From IMG/VR virus record IMGVR_UViG_3300048912_000061, positions 1 through 39,948 of that record: a stretch of DNA of 39,948 nt. One strand, 5' to 3'. Positions 6,022-15,467 of this stretch are shown here, in pieces. The DNA comes from a virus. Below the pieces are notes generated by a model that was not told the DNA's origin, searched no databases, and saw nothing but the letters and a program-made list of their open reading frames with translations. Position numbers and translations under genes: made by a program. Numbering within the stretch: the first letter of the stretch is position 1; each line of letters starts with the position of its first letter.

Positions 6022-7712
6022 GTTCCTACGACTGGAGCCGTTCGGAGCAGCAGCTGAAGCTCTGGAGACATTGGGCCAATGCGAGCCGGGTCCAAAACCA
6101 TCTGCTTCGCCTTCTGGCTCTTCAACACCGCATCCAGTGCGCGCCCGGCCGCGATAGTTCCGCCGAGGGTCGGCAGCCCAGCCGAGGCGGTGACACCGGT
6201 ACCGATGGCTGCCCGCTGCCACGCTCCGTGATTACCTTCCCGTGACTTCAAGAACTGGGCCGCTATGTCCGCCAGCTCCTGCAAGTCCTTGTTGCCGATG
6301 TTCTTCATGTTCGCCAGGCGGCCGATGCTGATGTCACCTTCAGCGCCATTTTGCGCCAGCCCTTCCAGGCTCAGCATGTTCCCGTACTGCTGGCGGGTCT
6401 GTGCAAAGGCCTGCGCTTCCTCAGGGCTGAGCGAGCGATCCAGGGCGCCCATCAGGCTTTTTTTGAGCTGGGTGGCGTAGTAGGCCTCCGGCGTGCTGCG
6501 CTTGCCGATGCGGTCCAGCACACGCTTGATGTTGTACGCGGCCTGGCCATCTATTTCGCCGGTGGCTCCAGCGTTCAGGATTTCGTCGATCTGCCGCTTG
6601 ATGACGCCGGCCTGCTCGGTGGGCAGCTCGCGCAGGGCCATCGCTTCATGCTCGCCCAGGTCGCTCAGGAACTGCTGATCGATGCGTACCTTGTTCGAGC
6701 TGAGCACCTGGTCGAACTTCTGGCCGAGGTCGCCACCTGCTTGCCGAAGGGCCATTGTCACATTGTCCGAGTCCTGACCGAACGTGCGGCTGAGAGCGCG
6801 ATTGAGCTGGGTCTGCATGTTATGTTCGGTCGCGGCCCGACCGCTGAACGGAACGTAGTTCAGGCTCGAGGCCAGTGCATTGAGCGGCTTGCTGTTGGTG
6901 ATCCGGTCGACCGGCACGTTGATCCCAAGTTCTTCCGCTCGCTGCGCCAGCGCCTTAACCTGATCAGACACGTTCCCGCGGAGCGCGCGACCAGTCGCCC
7001 CCAGTGCAGCTGTGACACCTTTCGCAGCCACTGGCACAGCCGCTCCAATCACGCCCCCGGCTGCAGCCTCTTTCGGGTCCACCATGCCAGCCGAGACGGT
7101 GCCGTTGACGGCACCGCCCAGCGCGCGCACGCCCAGGCCCGGCAAGCCGGTGAGTCCGCCTGCGCGGAGGCCGCCCGAGGCGATGGCTTCCAGCGCTGCG
7201 GCACCGGCCGGGGAGGCCGAGAGGGCTGGCAGAGCAGCTGCGGCGCCGCGCGCCACCAGCCCGCCCGCGCCGGCGGTTCCTGCGATTTCGCCTGCCACCT
7301 TCCCTCCGCGATAAAGCAGGCTGTCCGTCTGCGCGCCAAGGTTACGCAGGCCGTCATCGATGGCCGCGCGGCGTTCCTCGTTCCGCGACAGCTTCTGCTT
7401 GCCTGTGATGAGGGATGCCACATCGGGTCCGCGGTCGCCGGCGATGATGTCGGAGAGCTTGTCAGCGGGCCACAGCAGGGTAGCGCCTATGCTACCAGCG
7501 CCGCGGAGGCCCCCCGCCAGGAGGTTGCCGGCACCTTGCAGTGCACTGCCGATGAGGCTTATGTGTCTCTCAGCTGCGTTCGGTGCTGAAGCGGCCGGCG
7601 CAGCAGCGGGCATCGTTTTGATGTACGAGGCCAGCTTGCGAGCCCCCTCCACGTCGCCAGAGGCATCTGCGTTGCGCAGTGCTGTGTACAGCTCTTCGCG
7701 GGTGGGCATCAC
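6015..7712 (-). CDS. Large internal virion / ejection-type protein (565 aa) with a Gly/Ala-rich N-terminal half
   Basis: Track ORF. It is third in a run of three large coupled genes after the tail genes and has long GxxAGG low-complexity stretches. Function is inferred from position and composition only. Confidence 0.6.
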   Translation of the reverse strand: MMPTREELYTALRNADASGDVEGARKLASYIKTMPAAAPAASAPNAAERHISLIGSALQGAGNLLAGGLRGAGSIGATLLWPADKLSDIIAGDRGPDVASLITGKQKLSRNEERRAAIDDGLRNLGAQTDSLLYRGGKVAGEIAGTAGAGGLVARGAAAALPALSASPAGAAALEAIASGGLRAGGLTGLPGLGVRALGGAVNGTVSAGMVDPKEAAAGGVIGAAVPVAAKGVTAALGATGRALRGNVSDQVKALAQRAEELGINVPVDRITNSKPLNALASSLNYVPFSGRAATEHNMQTQLNRALSRTFGQDSDNVTMALRQAGGDLGQKFDQVLSSNKVRIDQQFLSDLGEHEAMALRELPTEQAGVIKRQIDEILNAGATGEIDGQAAYNIKRVLDRIGKRSTPEAYYATQLKKSLMGALDRSLSPEEAQAFAQTRQQYGNMLSLEGLAQNGAEGDISIGRLANMKNIGNKDLQELADIAAQFLKSREGNHGAWQRAAIGTGVTASAGLPTLGGTIAAGRALDAVLKSQKAKQMVLDPARIGPMSPELQLLLRTAPVVGTQ

Positions 7713-9058
7713 TTACCTCCGTGTTTTTGAAGCAGAGCGGCGATGTCATCTGGAACGCCTAGTACGCCAGCTGCTGGCTGGTTCGCAAGCACGCCGGCCG
7801 CGAGGTTGGCGCCCGGCCCAGCGCGAACCTTCAGTGACTCGATGTAGAGGGGGATGGCTGCATACTTCTGTTTGGTCACTTCCGGCGCCTCCCCAAACTG
7901 CGGCGTGAGCTCCGCAACTTTCTGTGCGGCTTCGTCGCGGTTGACGCCCGCGCCCGTTGCCGCGCGCAGCAGGGCTTCGCTGAGAGAGGACGACGCCTGC
8001 ATGAACTTCTGTCGATCTGCCGTGCGGAACGTATTTGCCAAGCCGCCGAGCCCAGGCACCGACGCCAGGGCATCATTGAAGCCTGGCCGGGCGGCGCCGG
8101 TCGGGTTGCCGTTCTTGTCGGCGCCCACCGCCATCATGTTCTTGAAAGCGTTCTCGGCCTGCACCAGCCATCCGGTCGCCTTGCCTTGATCCTCGGACAT
8201 CTTCGGCACCCGGCTTGCGCCGCCGACAGGGAGCACTCGTCCGTTGGGATTCACCGCATCCGGGCGCGTCACCCATCCACCGAGTTCCGAATTCAGCACC
8301 GGCTGCTTGTCCTTCTCTTTTTCGTAGTTCAGCCGTGCCCACTGCACAGCGCTGGAAGATTCGGCATCAGGAGATACAGTGTTCTTGACGCTGGTCTTTA
8401 CCTCGCCCGTGTACGGATCGATCATGTCCGTGGTGCCACCGGTGTTCCGCGCTTCCAGCTTGCGGGCCACCTCGTACGCCACCGGACTGCCGGAGCTCCC
8501 GTCCTCGAACAGGGGGACGTACTTGACCTGCCCGTCGACGTTCAGGGGCTGCCAGTCCTTCACTTTCTTCTGCGACATTTTGGCGAACTGCTGGGCGTAT
8601 TCCAGTGCTTTGAGCGGCGACACCTGCCCCACGCCGCTGAGGAACCGCTGCTGATCGAACCCGCCCTTCATCTGCGGGATCATGGCCGCGTTGGCGATGG
8701 TGGGTCCGCCGGGTAGGCTGGCGGCCTGCTGCTCGGGCGTCTGCCACGCGTTGCGTGCCGCGTCCTCGATACTCCGGTCCACCTGGCGCTGGTGCGCGCG
8801 ATCGGCCAGATCCGCCTCAGTCCCTTTGATCTGAAGGCCCAGCATCTGCGAGTGCAGCGCCCGCTGCGCCTGCTCGGCCTCGCGGTCCTGAGCGGAGTTC
8901 ATGCCGGTCTGGAACGCCTGCAGACCACCGCCCAGCGCCTGACCGAGGCTGACCGGCATGCGGGAAGGGCCGCCGGCCTGCAGCAGCGCGGCGGCGGCGG
9001 CCAGCAGGCCTTGGTTCTGCGCTGGCGACATGCCGGTAAGTGCGTCGAAGAATCCCAT
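7709..9058 (-). CDS. Internal virion / ejection-type protein (449 aa)
   Basis: Track ORF. There is a 4-nt overlap with the downstream gene. The N-terminus is MGFFDALTGMSPAQNQGLLAAAAALLQAGG. No enzymatic motif recognised. Confidence 0.6.
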   Translation of the reverse strand: MGFFDALTGMSPAQNQGLLAAAAALLQAGGPSRMPVSLGQALGGGLQAFQTGMNSAQDREAEQAQRALHSQMLGLQIKGTEADLADRAHQRQVDRSIEDAARNAWQTPEQQAASLPGGPTIANAAMIPQMKGGFDQQRFLSGVGQVSPLKALEYAQQFAKMSQKKVKDWQPLNVDGQVKYVPLFEDGSSGSPVAYEVARKLEARNTGGTTDMIDPYTGEVKTSVKNTVSPDAESSSAVQWARLNYEKEKDKQPVLNSELGGWVTRPDAVNPNGRVLPVGGASRVPKMSEDQGKATGWLVQAENAFKNMMAVGADKNGNPTGAARPGFNDALASVPGLGGLANTFRTADRQKFMQASSSLSEALLRAATGAGVNRDEAAQKVAELTPQFGEAPEVTKQKYAAIPLYIESLKVRAGPGANLAAGVLANQPAAGVLGVPDDIAALLQKHGGK

Positions 9059-9067
9059 GGTCGCTCC

Positions 9068-10429
9068 TTAGAAAACGTAGCTGCCGGACTGGCTGCCGAA
9101 CAGATCGGCCAGCGAGCCCCAGTTCGTGCCGCCCGAGTTGCCAGACTTGCCGCCGCTGAGCGAGTTGTACAGGCCCAGCGCGCCGCCAGCCATGCCCAGC
9201 GCATTGGCCGCAGGGTTCGTGTAGAGCGGGTTCGATGTCGTGCTGCTGGCGTTCGCGCCGATGAACGGGGCCAGCGTGCTGGCAACCTTTTGAGCACGGG
9301 TTACGCCTGCATCTGTGGACCCCTGATCGAAGCCCTGCAGCTGGCCCAGCAGAGCCGACAGCGTGCCCGCGCCCGCCGTCTTCGCTGCGTTGTTCTGCTG
9401 GTTCGCCGCCAGCAGGTTCGACGAGTTGAGGGCGTCGGTGGACATCTTGGCGCCCAGGTTCGTCTTCGCGTAGTCCATGGTCGCGTTCTGGTTCGCGAAC
9501 TGGGATGCCATGTCGTTGCTCGCGCTCGCCAGCCGGGCCTGCTGCTCCAGCTGCGCCTGCTGCGCGGCGGTGGCGTACTGCTGGCCGGACAGTCCCATGG
9601 TGGCGGACAGTGAGCGGTCTTGGCCCCGGTCGAACGCGCCCGCATACGCGCCAGTCGTGGCCGCGGTGTTGGCAAGGCCCAGCTGCTCGGCCGCATTGGT
9701 AGCCTGCTTGGTGAAATCGGACATGGCCAGGCCTTCAGCGATGCCCTGTCGCGAGCCCCCGTACATGCCCGACGCGATTGCGCCACCGCGGATGCCCGGC
9801 AGGATCTGGCGCTGCAGCGTGTCCGTCAGGTTGCCGATGTTCGTCTTGAACGCCTGGTTGCTCTGGTCGATCCCGGCCTGCAGCGACTGCTTGAGGTACG
9901 GGTTTTCCGCCGGGTTGCCGTTGACGAAGCGGTCAAACGCGCCGGACAGGTTCAGCGAATTCTGCGCCGGAGCGTTGATCTGCGCGGCGGTCACGTCGTG
10001 GCCGTGTGTCTGCGCGGCGCCGCCGGAGAGCTGCGGCGCGGGCAGTTGCGGTGCGGCGAGCGGGTTGTCGATCAGCGACTTGCCGGCCGCTCCTACGTGG
10101 CCCACGAGATCCGGCGCGGCGCCGGTAAGCCAGTTCGAGGACAGCTGGCCCAGCGCCTGGCTGCCGCTGCTCTGCGGGTTGTTCATGAAGCCCTGAAACT
10201 GGTTGAGCAGACCGTTGTCGCCGTTCTCCCCGAACAGCATCTTGCCGATACGCGGGTCTAGCTGCTGCTGCGTGGTCGTGGTCTGCGTGCCGGACTGCTC
10301 CGCGCCGCCACCACCAGCCAGGCCGCCCAGCGCGCCACCGAGGGCTGTACCCAGCGCGGTGCCGACGCCAGGAATGAAGCTGCCCGCCACGCCACCGATG
10401 ACCGGCGCGAGTTTCGAAAACCATCCCAT
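9068..10429 (-). CDS. Internal virion / ejection-type protein (453 aa) with a Gly-rich hydrophobic N-terminus
   Basis: Internal ATG 10429 of track ORF 9068..10510 is preceded by AAGGAG (gataAAGGAGaaacacATG). The N-terminus is MGWFSKLAPVIGGVAGSFIPGVGTALGTALGGALGG. Confidence 0.65.
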   Translation of the reverse strand: MGWFSKLAPVIGGVAGSFIPGVGTALGTALGGALGGLAGGGGAEQSGTQTTTTQQQLDPRIGKMLFGENGDNGLLNQFQGFMNNPQSSGSQALGQLSSNWLTGAAPDLVGHVGAAGKSLIDNPLAAPQLPAPQLSGGAAQTHGHDVTAAQINAPAQNSLNLSGAFDRFVNGNPAENPYLKQSLQAGIDQSNQAFKTNIGNLTDTLQRQILPGIRGGAIASGMYGGSRQGIAEGLAMSDFTKQATNAAEQLGLANTAATTGAYAGAFDRGQDRSLSATMGLSGQQYATAAQQAQLEQQARLASASNDMASQFANQNATMDYAKTNLGAKMSTDALNSSNLLAANQQNNAAKTAGAGTLSALLGQLQGFDQGSTDAGVTRAQKVASTLAPFIGANASSTTSNPLYTNPAANALGMAGGALGLYNSLSGGKSGNSGGTNWGSLADLFGSQSGSYVF

Positions 10430-10440
10430 GTGTTTCTCCT

Positions 10441-10719
10441 TTATCCCAAAAATGCCCAGGTGCCGGTGCTCTTGAAGAGGTACGCGCCCTCTCCGCTGCC
10501 GGGGTTCCACTGCGTGCCGTCGGCATACCGGATATCGCCCCGCCGCGGCTTCGCCGGCGCCTTGTAGGTCGGGTCCAGATGGCCGGCCGCCAGCAGGGCG
10601 AACGTGGCCGCAATGCGCTCCTGCATCTCCTGCAGGTAGCGGCGCAGCGCCGGGTCCGTGATGTCGGCCGGGACCGGCGCCGGGTCGTAGTGGACGCTGG
10701 CAATCGATGTGACTCGCAT
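10441..10719 (-). CDS. Small virion-module protein (92 aa) ending ...GDIRYADGTQWNPGSGEGAYLFKSTGTWAFLG
   Basis: Internal ATG 10719 of track ORF 10441..11175 shares one base with the upstream stop (TGATG). The upstream 150 codons of the track ORF overlap the 524-aa gene and look non-protein-like. Confidence 0.65.
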   Translation of the reverse strand: MRVTSIASVHYDPAPVPADITDPALRRYLQEMQERIAATFALLAAGHLDPTYKAPAKPRRGDIRYADGTQWNPGSGEGAYLFKSTGTWAFLG

Positions 10720-12293
10720 CAGAATTCCCCCATCGGTTCGAGCTCGACGTCGTAGGAATCGAGCCGCCAGAGGTATGCCGTCCCGTCCGAGAACTTGATA
10801 GCGAAGTACCGGCCGGTGACCATGCAGTCCACCTTCACGCTCTGGCCGATCACGTGCGCCATCACGGCGGTGTAGTTCGGCGTCTCGTACGGGTCGAGCA
10901 TGCCGGCCACCGAGATCGTCACGGTCTCGCCCACGTTGCCGGTCATGCGCGCGCGCACGCTCTTGAGGAGCTTGATGCTCTCGGGCGCGTCGTAAGACAG
11001 GCCCACGCGCTCCAGGAAGGACGTCGGCTTCACGCCGTCGAAGCTGGCCGAGGCGTCGAGCAGGTAGAGCTTCTGGCTGTTCGAGGCCATCAGCACGCGC
11101 GTGGTGGCGGGCGTGAAGCCGGGCCCGTTCCACAGCGTGAGGTCCGCGTTCCACGGGTCGCCGTCCGAGTCCCACGACTGGCTCAGCTGGTCGTCCACAG
11201 AGCCGAACGCCGCATGATGCACGTTCGGCATATCCCGGTAGGTGACCGTCTTGTTGCGGTAGTTGTAGACCAGAGCCTTGTTCGGGATGCTGTTGCCCAC
11301 GGAGGCGTAGCAGACGAATACCTCGTTGAGGAACGGGTTCTGCACCACAAAGGCGCGGTCGGTCGCGCTGGCGTCCATGTCCTGAAACAGCGCCTGGCGG
11401 GCCACGTCATCGAGGACGGAGGTGGCCTGCTGGCCGTCGTGAATCACGATGTCGGAGCCGGTCAGCACGAAGTGCACGCCGTCCAGGTCAACCACGCAGT
11501 TCCGGTTCAGTGCGCCGGACATGCCCAGCACTTTCTGCGCGGCCATCACGAAGATGCCCCCGGTGTAGGTCAGGCGCCAGACCGAGTGCTCCTTGTAGAT
11601 CATCAGGTAGTCGCGCAGCTGGAGGCCGTCAATGATCGGGTCGCCGCCCTCGGCGCAATCGAACTCGCCCGCGTCCTGCGTGGCGTCAGCCGGGTCCCAG
11701 GTCGCGGGTACGCCGCCGGGGTCGGCTGGGCTCGACCACTTCACCATGTAGGGGTAGTAGACGCCCCCCTTCGTCACGCCCAGCGCCACGAGGAAGTTCT
11801 TGAACGCCCGCAGCGACTTGCAGTAGGTGTTGGCGGGCCAGTTGTCCAGCTTGACCATGCGCTGCGCCGTGTCCAGGTTCCAGCGCTGCGGCGGATCGAC
11901 CGTGTTCCCAGGGTTCAGAATCGGGATGCCGGACAGCACCGTGGACGTCCACTGGTTCGGTACACCGGTATAGTCCACGTCCACGCCGGCCGTCTGCCGC
12001 GTCAGGTTCGTGTGTACCGGCAGGCCGCCGGTGATCGCGGTGGCGTAGACCTTGCTCGCGCCCGCATAGAGCCAGTAGCGCGCTGCGCCGACGTTGACCG
12101 GCACGACGTGGTAGGGAACCACCGGCAAATCCCCGTAGGCGCTGCCGTGGCCCAGGAACTGCTGCGCGTAGCCGCCGAGGAAGCGCACGTTGCGCGCGTC
12201 GGTCCAGACATTGCGCGGCAGCTCGTGCACGGACAGGTCTTTGACGACCCCTGCGGCGCCAGCGTTGGGAGTGCGAACGAGCATGCTTACCAC
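10719..12293 (-). CDS. Tail structural protein (524 aa; nozzle/tubular-tail-like by size and position)
   Basis: Long high-GC3 track ORF inside the tail block. The start is GTG 12293 or ATG 12284. The function is not identified by any motif. Confidence 0.6.
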   Translation of the reverse strand: MVSMLVRTPNAGAAGVVKDLSVHELPRNVWTDARNVRFLGGYAQQFLGHGSAYGDLPVVPYHVVPVNVGAARYWLYAGASKVYATAITGGLPVHTNLTRQTAGVDVDYTGVPNQWTSTVLSGIPILNPGNTVDPPQRWNLDTAQRMVKLDNWPANTYCKSLRAFKNFLVALGVTKGGVYYPYMVKWSSPADPGGVPATWDPADATQDAGEFDCAEGGDPIIDGLQLRDYLMIYKEHSVWRLTYTGGIFVMAAQKVLGMSGALNRNCVVDLDGVHFVLTGSDIVIHDGQQATSVLDDVARQALFQDMDASATDRAFVVQNPFLNEVFVCYASVGNSIPNKALVYNYRNKTVTYRDMPNVHHAAFGSVDDQLSQSWDSDGDPWNADLTLWNGPGFTPATTRVLMASNSQKLYLLDASASFDGVKPTSFLERVGLSYDAPESIKLLKSVRARMTGNVGETVTISVAGMLDPYETPNYTAVMAHVIGQSVKVDCMVTGRYFAIKFSDGTAYLWRLDSYDVELEPMGEF

Positions 12294-13159
12294 CAGTACA
12301 CGATGACTTCACCGCGCCCGCCATTGCCGCCGGTAGCCGTGCCAGGTGATGCCGCAGCGGCACCGCCGCCGCCGCCGCCAGGCAGACCACCATTGCCTCC
12401 GGTTGCTACCTTGGAAGCCGAGACCGTGGCCGCACCGCCGCCACCTTGGCCGTTGGTGTGCGTAGTCAGGCTGCCATCCGCTCCGTTGCCGCCGGTGACG
12501 TTCGCCGAGGAGCTGGTAGCGGCAGTGCCACCGCCACCGCCGAACTGGCTGTATGCGAGCGTGCCGCCTCCGTTTCCTGCGGTCGCTGTCCCGCTCGAAT
12601 TAGCACCGCCGCCGCCGCCACCACCGCGAACGGCTGTGCCACCTGGCTGCCCAGAATTGCTGCCTGCACCGGAGCCACCGCCCCATTCGGAAGGCAAGCC
12701 CACGCCAACCGGACCAGGAGCACCGATGGAGCCGAAGGTATTTGTGGATCCGCTGCCGTACCGCGCGGTGCCACCGCCACTGCCGCCCGTGTTGGTCCCG
12801 TTATTGCCTGCCTGCCCGCCCAAGACTGTCAGGAAGCTGCCGAACGACGAATCACCGCCATTCGTGCCGTTGGCAGAGCCGCTGGTCGTGGTGCCGCCGA
12901 CGCCTCCAGCGCCGATTACCACGGGCACGTTCGCCGTGAGCAGCCCAGCGGGGATCAGCATCCAGTCGCGTCCTCCTCCGCCGCCACCAACGCCCGATGC
13001 CGCCAGGGCGGCCCCGCCACCTGCGCCAGCACTTGCCACCTCGACCAAGTACATCGTGGCGCCGTCCTGCGGGGTGAAGGTGCCGCTGACAGTGAATCGT
13101 TGCGTCTTGGCGCCCGGCGGCAGAAGCCCCTGCGGGAATCCGTTGAGACCCGCGTTCAT
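12287..13159 (-). CDS. Glycine-rich tail-associated protein (290 aa) with GGxGG-type repeats, ending GGNGGRGEVIVYWW
   Basis: Internal ATG 13159 (MNAGLNGFPQG...) shares one base with the upstream stop (TGATG). More than a third of residues are Gly, in runs such as GGGGGGG, GGNGG and GGSGGG. Confidence 0.7.
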   Translation of the reverse strand: MNAGLNGFPQGLLPPGAKTQRFTVSGTFTPQDGATMYLVEVASAGAGGGAALAASGVGGGGGGRDWMLIPAGLLTANVPVVIGAGGVGGTTTSGSANGTNGGDSSFGSFLTVLGGQAGNNGTNTGGSGGGTARYGSGSTNTFGSIGAPGPVGVGLPSEWGGGSGAGSNSGQPGGTAVRGGGGGGGANSSGTATAGNGGGTLAYSQFGGGGGTAATSSSANVTGGNGADGSLTTHTNGQGGGGAATVSASKVATGGNGGLPGGGGGGAAAASPGTATGGNGGRGEVIVYWW

Positions 13160-13800
13160 CAGAAGTCCCCGCCCATAGCCATGACGTTGAAGGTTTCCGC
13201 GTTGTGCGTCGAGGCGCGCAGCGAGTACCCGGCAGGGAGCATCAACGGCAGCCACGGTGCGTTGATGGGGTTCAAAACCGACGAGAAGGCGGCCACGGAG
13301 CCGGATGGCGTGATGGCGCTCACCGGGACTTCGCCAATCAGACGGATAACTGCAGATCCGGCGGGAGTGGTCGCGTAGTTGCCCACGGTGCTGGCGTTCA
13401 TCGTCGGGGCCGTGCCCATCGCGTAGGTGAACGTGGTTGGGGTCAGCACAGTAACGGCCGTGTCTTGCACGTTGTATTCGCGCGGGAACGCGCCCTGCAG
13501 CGTCACCTTGGCGCCCGTGGACAGGCCGTGCGGCGTGGCCGTGGTGACGGTCGCGGTCGTGCCGCTAAACGAAATCGAGGTGATCACAGGACCGGGTATG
13601 CCATCGGTCACGAACAGGCGGACCATGCCCGCAGTCGTCACGCCCTGGGCTTCCACCGCAATGCGGTCCAGGCGCGTGCCGCTGGGGCCCGCGTTCAATA
13701 CGAACCCGAGCGTGCCGGTTCCGTCGCGGTTCGTGTTCGCGGTGTTAATGACGGCGCTGCCGAAGCGGGGCGTGCTGGCGTATTGGGCGTTATTGGACAT
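13159..13800 (-). CDS. Virion structural protein (213 aa), beta-rich
   Basis: Track ORF MSNNAQYASTPRFGSAVINTANTNRDGTGTLGF.... It is tightly coupled to both neighbours. Confidence 0.65.
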   Translation of the reverse strand: MSNNAQYASTPRFGSAVINTANTNRDGTGTLGFVLNAGPSGTRLDRIAVEAQGVTTAGMVRLFVTDGIPGPVITSISFSGTTATVTTATPHGLSTGAKVTLQGAFPREYNVQDTAVTVLTPTTFTYAMGTAPTMNASTVGNYATTPAGSAVIRLIGEVPVSAITPSGSVAAFSSVLNPINAPWLPLMLPAGYSLRASTHNAETFNVMAMGGDF

Positions 13801-13801
13801 G

Positions 13802-14362
13802 TCAGATGACTCCTTGATTCATGAGAAGGAAATCGGGGGTGGGGTTGCCGCCCCACGAGGCCACCCCGTTGAGCGTTTGCAGGAACTGCGTGATAGCGCC
13901 GCCGGGCTGCGCGGGCAGGGCGGCGTTGAAGGCCAGCGCCTGGATTTGCTGCTGCGTCATGGCCGTGAGGCGAAATTCAGTCCCGTTGTAGACGGCGAGG
14001 TAGAGCTGACCGACAGCCAGGTCACCCGCTGCGAGCGGCGCGCCGGACACCGAGCGCAAGTCCTTGGGGCCGAGGCTCGAAATGTTGATCGTCACCGCCC
14101 CGGTGTTCGTCGCGATCGGCGAGAACAGGATCATCATGCGCGGCGAGTACGCCAGCGCGGGCGTGGCCGGGGTCAGGGTGTAGGCGTTGACCAGGCCGCC
14201 GTCGGTGCCGGTGCCGAAGATCAGGCCGGTGAAGCCGAAGAGGCAGTTCTTCAGCACGGTCTTGAGCAGGCGCAGGTGGTCGTCGCCTTGCGCCTTCGGA
14301 TCGTTGCCCGGCGGGTTGGCCGGCACGAGGTCGGCCACGTAGAGTGCGGTTTCGAGGCTCAT
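13802..14362 (-). CDS. Tail fibre-like protein (186 aa)
   Basis: The N-terminus ALYVADLVPANPPGNDPKAQGDDHLRLLKTVLKN matches the conserved phage tail-fibre N-terminal motif (GDDH[IL]R.[IL]K) recalled from memory. Confidence 0.65.
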   Translation of the reverse strand: MSLETALYVADLVPANPPGNDPKAQGDDHLRLLKTVLKNCLFGFTGLIFGTGTDGGLVNAYTLTPATPALAYSPRMMILFSPIATNTGAVTINISSLGPKDLRSVSGAPLAAGDLAVGQLYLAVYNGTEFRLTAMTQQQIQALAFNAALPAQPGGAITQFLQTLNGVASWGGNPTPDFLLMNQGVI

Positions 14363-14369
14363 GGTCGTC

Positions 14370-14582
14370 CTATCGGGTGCGGGTGATGGTGTAGCCGCCG
14401 ATCTTCTGGCCGGCCGGGGTGTCCTTCCAGACGGTCTCCACCGAGAACAGCACCTGGCCGGCGGACTGCACGGTGTAGTCCTGCGCGGCTTGGAACGCCT
14501 GGCAGTTGTCGGGGTGTTCCCATTCGGTCTTATCCGAGAGCGGCAGGGTCTGGCCTACCTGCATGGATGCGAAATCGATCAT
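14370..14582 (-). CDS. Small virion-module protein (70 aa)
   Basis: Internal ATG 14582 (MIDFASMQVGQ...) is preceded by GAGGAG. The track start at 14609 would overlap the upstream gene by 17 nt. Confidence 0.6.
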   Translation of the reverse strand: MIDFASMQVGQTLPLSDKTEWEHPDNCQAFQAAQDYTVQSAGQVLFSVETVWKDTPAGQKIGGYTITRTR

Positions 14583-14592
14583 TCGGGGCTCC

Positions 14593-15219
14593 TCAACGGC
14601 AGCGGCCAATCAGGCCGGCCAGCTCGGTGCGCAGCGGCGCGGCGGCGCGTGCGCGGGATGCGTCGTGCGCGTTCAGGCGCAGCAGCGACTTGAATTTCGC
14701 GTCCCAGGCGGGCCAGCGCGCGTCGTCGCGCATGTACGGCGCGGCCTGCGCCAGCGCGCCCCACAGGTACATGGCCGGGTAGCGCTTGAACGTCGCGTGC
14801 GTCTGCACGGCGTCGGACAGGTAGATGGCCTGCTCATAGCGCAGTACGGCGGTGTAGTTCTGGTCGGCCAGCGCCTGCAGCGCCACGTTGGCGCCGTCGA
14901 CAGCCCACAGACTCGGGCGCTGCTTGCAGGCGGTGTCCACGGCCATCTGCTCGGGCACGCAGTAGCTGACCTGTTGGCGCGGGTTCACGTCGGTGAGGTA
15001 GAGACCGATCGGCTGGCCGAAGTCGGCGGGCAGGGCGAACAGGCGCGCGCCAGCAGTGATCGCCAGCGAAGCCTCGACCTCCTGCGGGAAGACGTGGAGG
15101 CGAGCGTTGATCTCCTGCTCGGCCTCCTTGATGAAGTCCGGCACCAGCGCCGAGAGGTCCGTGCGGATCAGGCGCGTGGCCACCGCCGTCTTCAGGTCGG
15201 CGTAGGTGTCGTAGGCCAT
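14593..15219 (-). CDS. Head-tail adaptor / head completion-type protein (208 aa)
   Basis: The N-terminus MAYDTYADLKTAVATRLIRTDLSALVPDFIKEAEQEINARL matches the adaptor-family pattern recalled from memory (TYA.LK..IA.WL.R.DL...IPDFI..AE.RI). It lies just downstream of the coat gene. Confidence 0.6.
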   Translation of the reverse strand: MAYDTYADLKTAVATRLIRTDLSALVPDFIKEAEQEINARLHVFPQEVEASLAITAGARLFALPADFGQPIGLYLTDVNPRQQVSYCVPEQMAVDTACKQRPSLWAVDGANVALQALADQNYTAVLRYEQAIYLSDAVQTHATFKRYPAMYLWGALAQAAPYMRDDARWPAWDAKFKSLLRLNAHDASRARAAAPLRTELAGLIGRCR

Positions 15220-15222
15220 GGA

Positions 15223-15414
15223 TCAGGCCTCGGGGTTCGGCGCGTCAGTGGCTGCCTCAGCCAAGCGCTGCATCCGCTCTTGATCTTCCGTCCAGTCGCG
15301 CCAGCCTTTCTTACGAGCAGCCTTCTCGGCTTCCGCGTCTTCGACCTGGGAGTACGCGCCGTCCTTGTACAGCGCCTTCGGGTATTCCTGGATTTCGTCC
15401 ATCGTGTTCTCCAA
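15223..15414 (-). CDS. Small acidic protein (63 aa)
   Basis: Track ORF with ATG at 15414. It is the first gene after the coat-gene terminator. Confidence 0.6.
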   Translation of the reverse strand: MENTMDEIQEYPKALYKDGAYSQVEDAEAEKAARKKGWRDWTEDQERMQRLAEAATDAPNPEA

Positions 15415-15416
15415 TG

Positions 15417-15448
15417 AAAAAGCCCCACCGGCTTGCGCTGGCGGGGCT
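15417..15448 (-). terminator. Weak intrinsic terminator just after the major capsid gene
   Basis: The minus strand reads AGCCCCGCC-AGCGCAAGCC-GGTGGGGCT (9 bp, one G-U) followed by TTTTCATTGG. The U-tract runs into the next start codon. Confidence 0.5.
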
Positions 15449-15467
15449 GTCGGTTGGCCGTCTCCGA

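Noticed and set aside
6351-7589. 412-aa plus-strand ORF
   Set aside because: It is antisense to the 565-aa virion protein gene and has no start context. It is a shadow ORF.
10854-13178. 774-aa plus-strand ORF, extremely Pro/Ala/Val/Arg-rich
   Set aside because: It lies antisense to two well-supported tail genes. Its Pro runs are simply the complement of the Gly (GGN) codons of the glycine-rich gene. It has no Shine-Dalgarno and no protein-like composition. Long open antisense frames are expected at this GC content.
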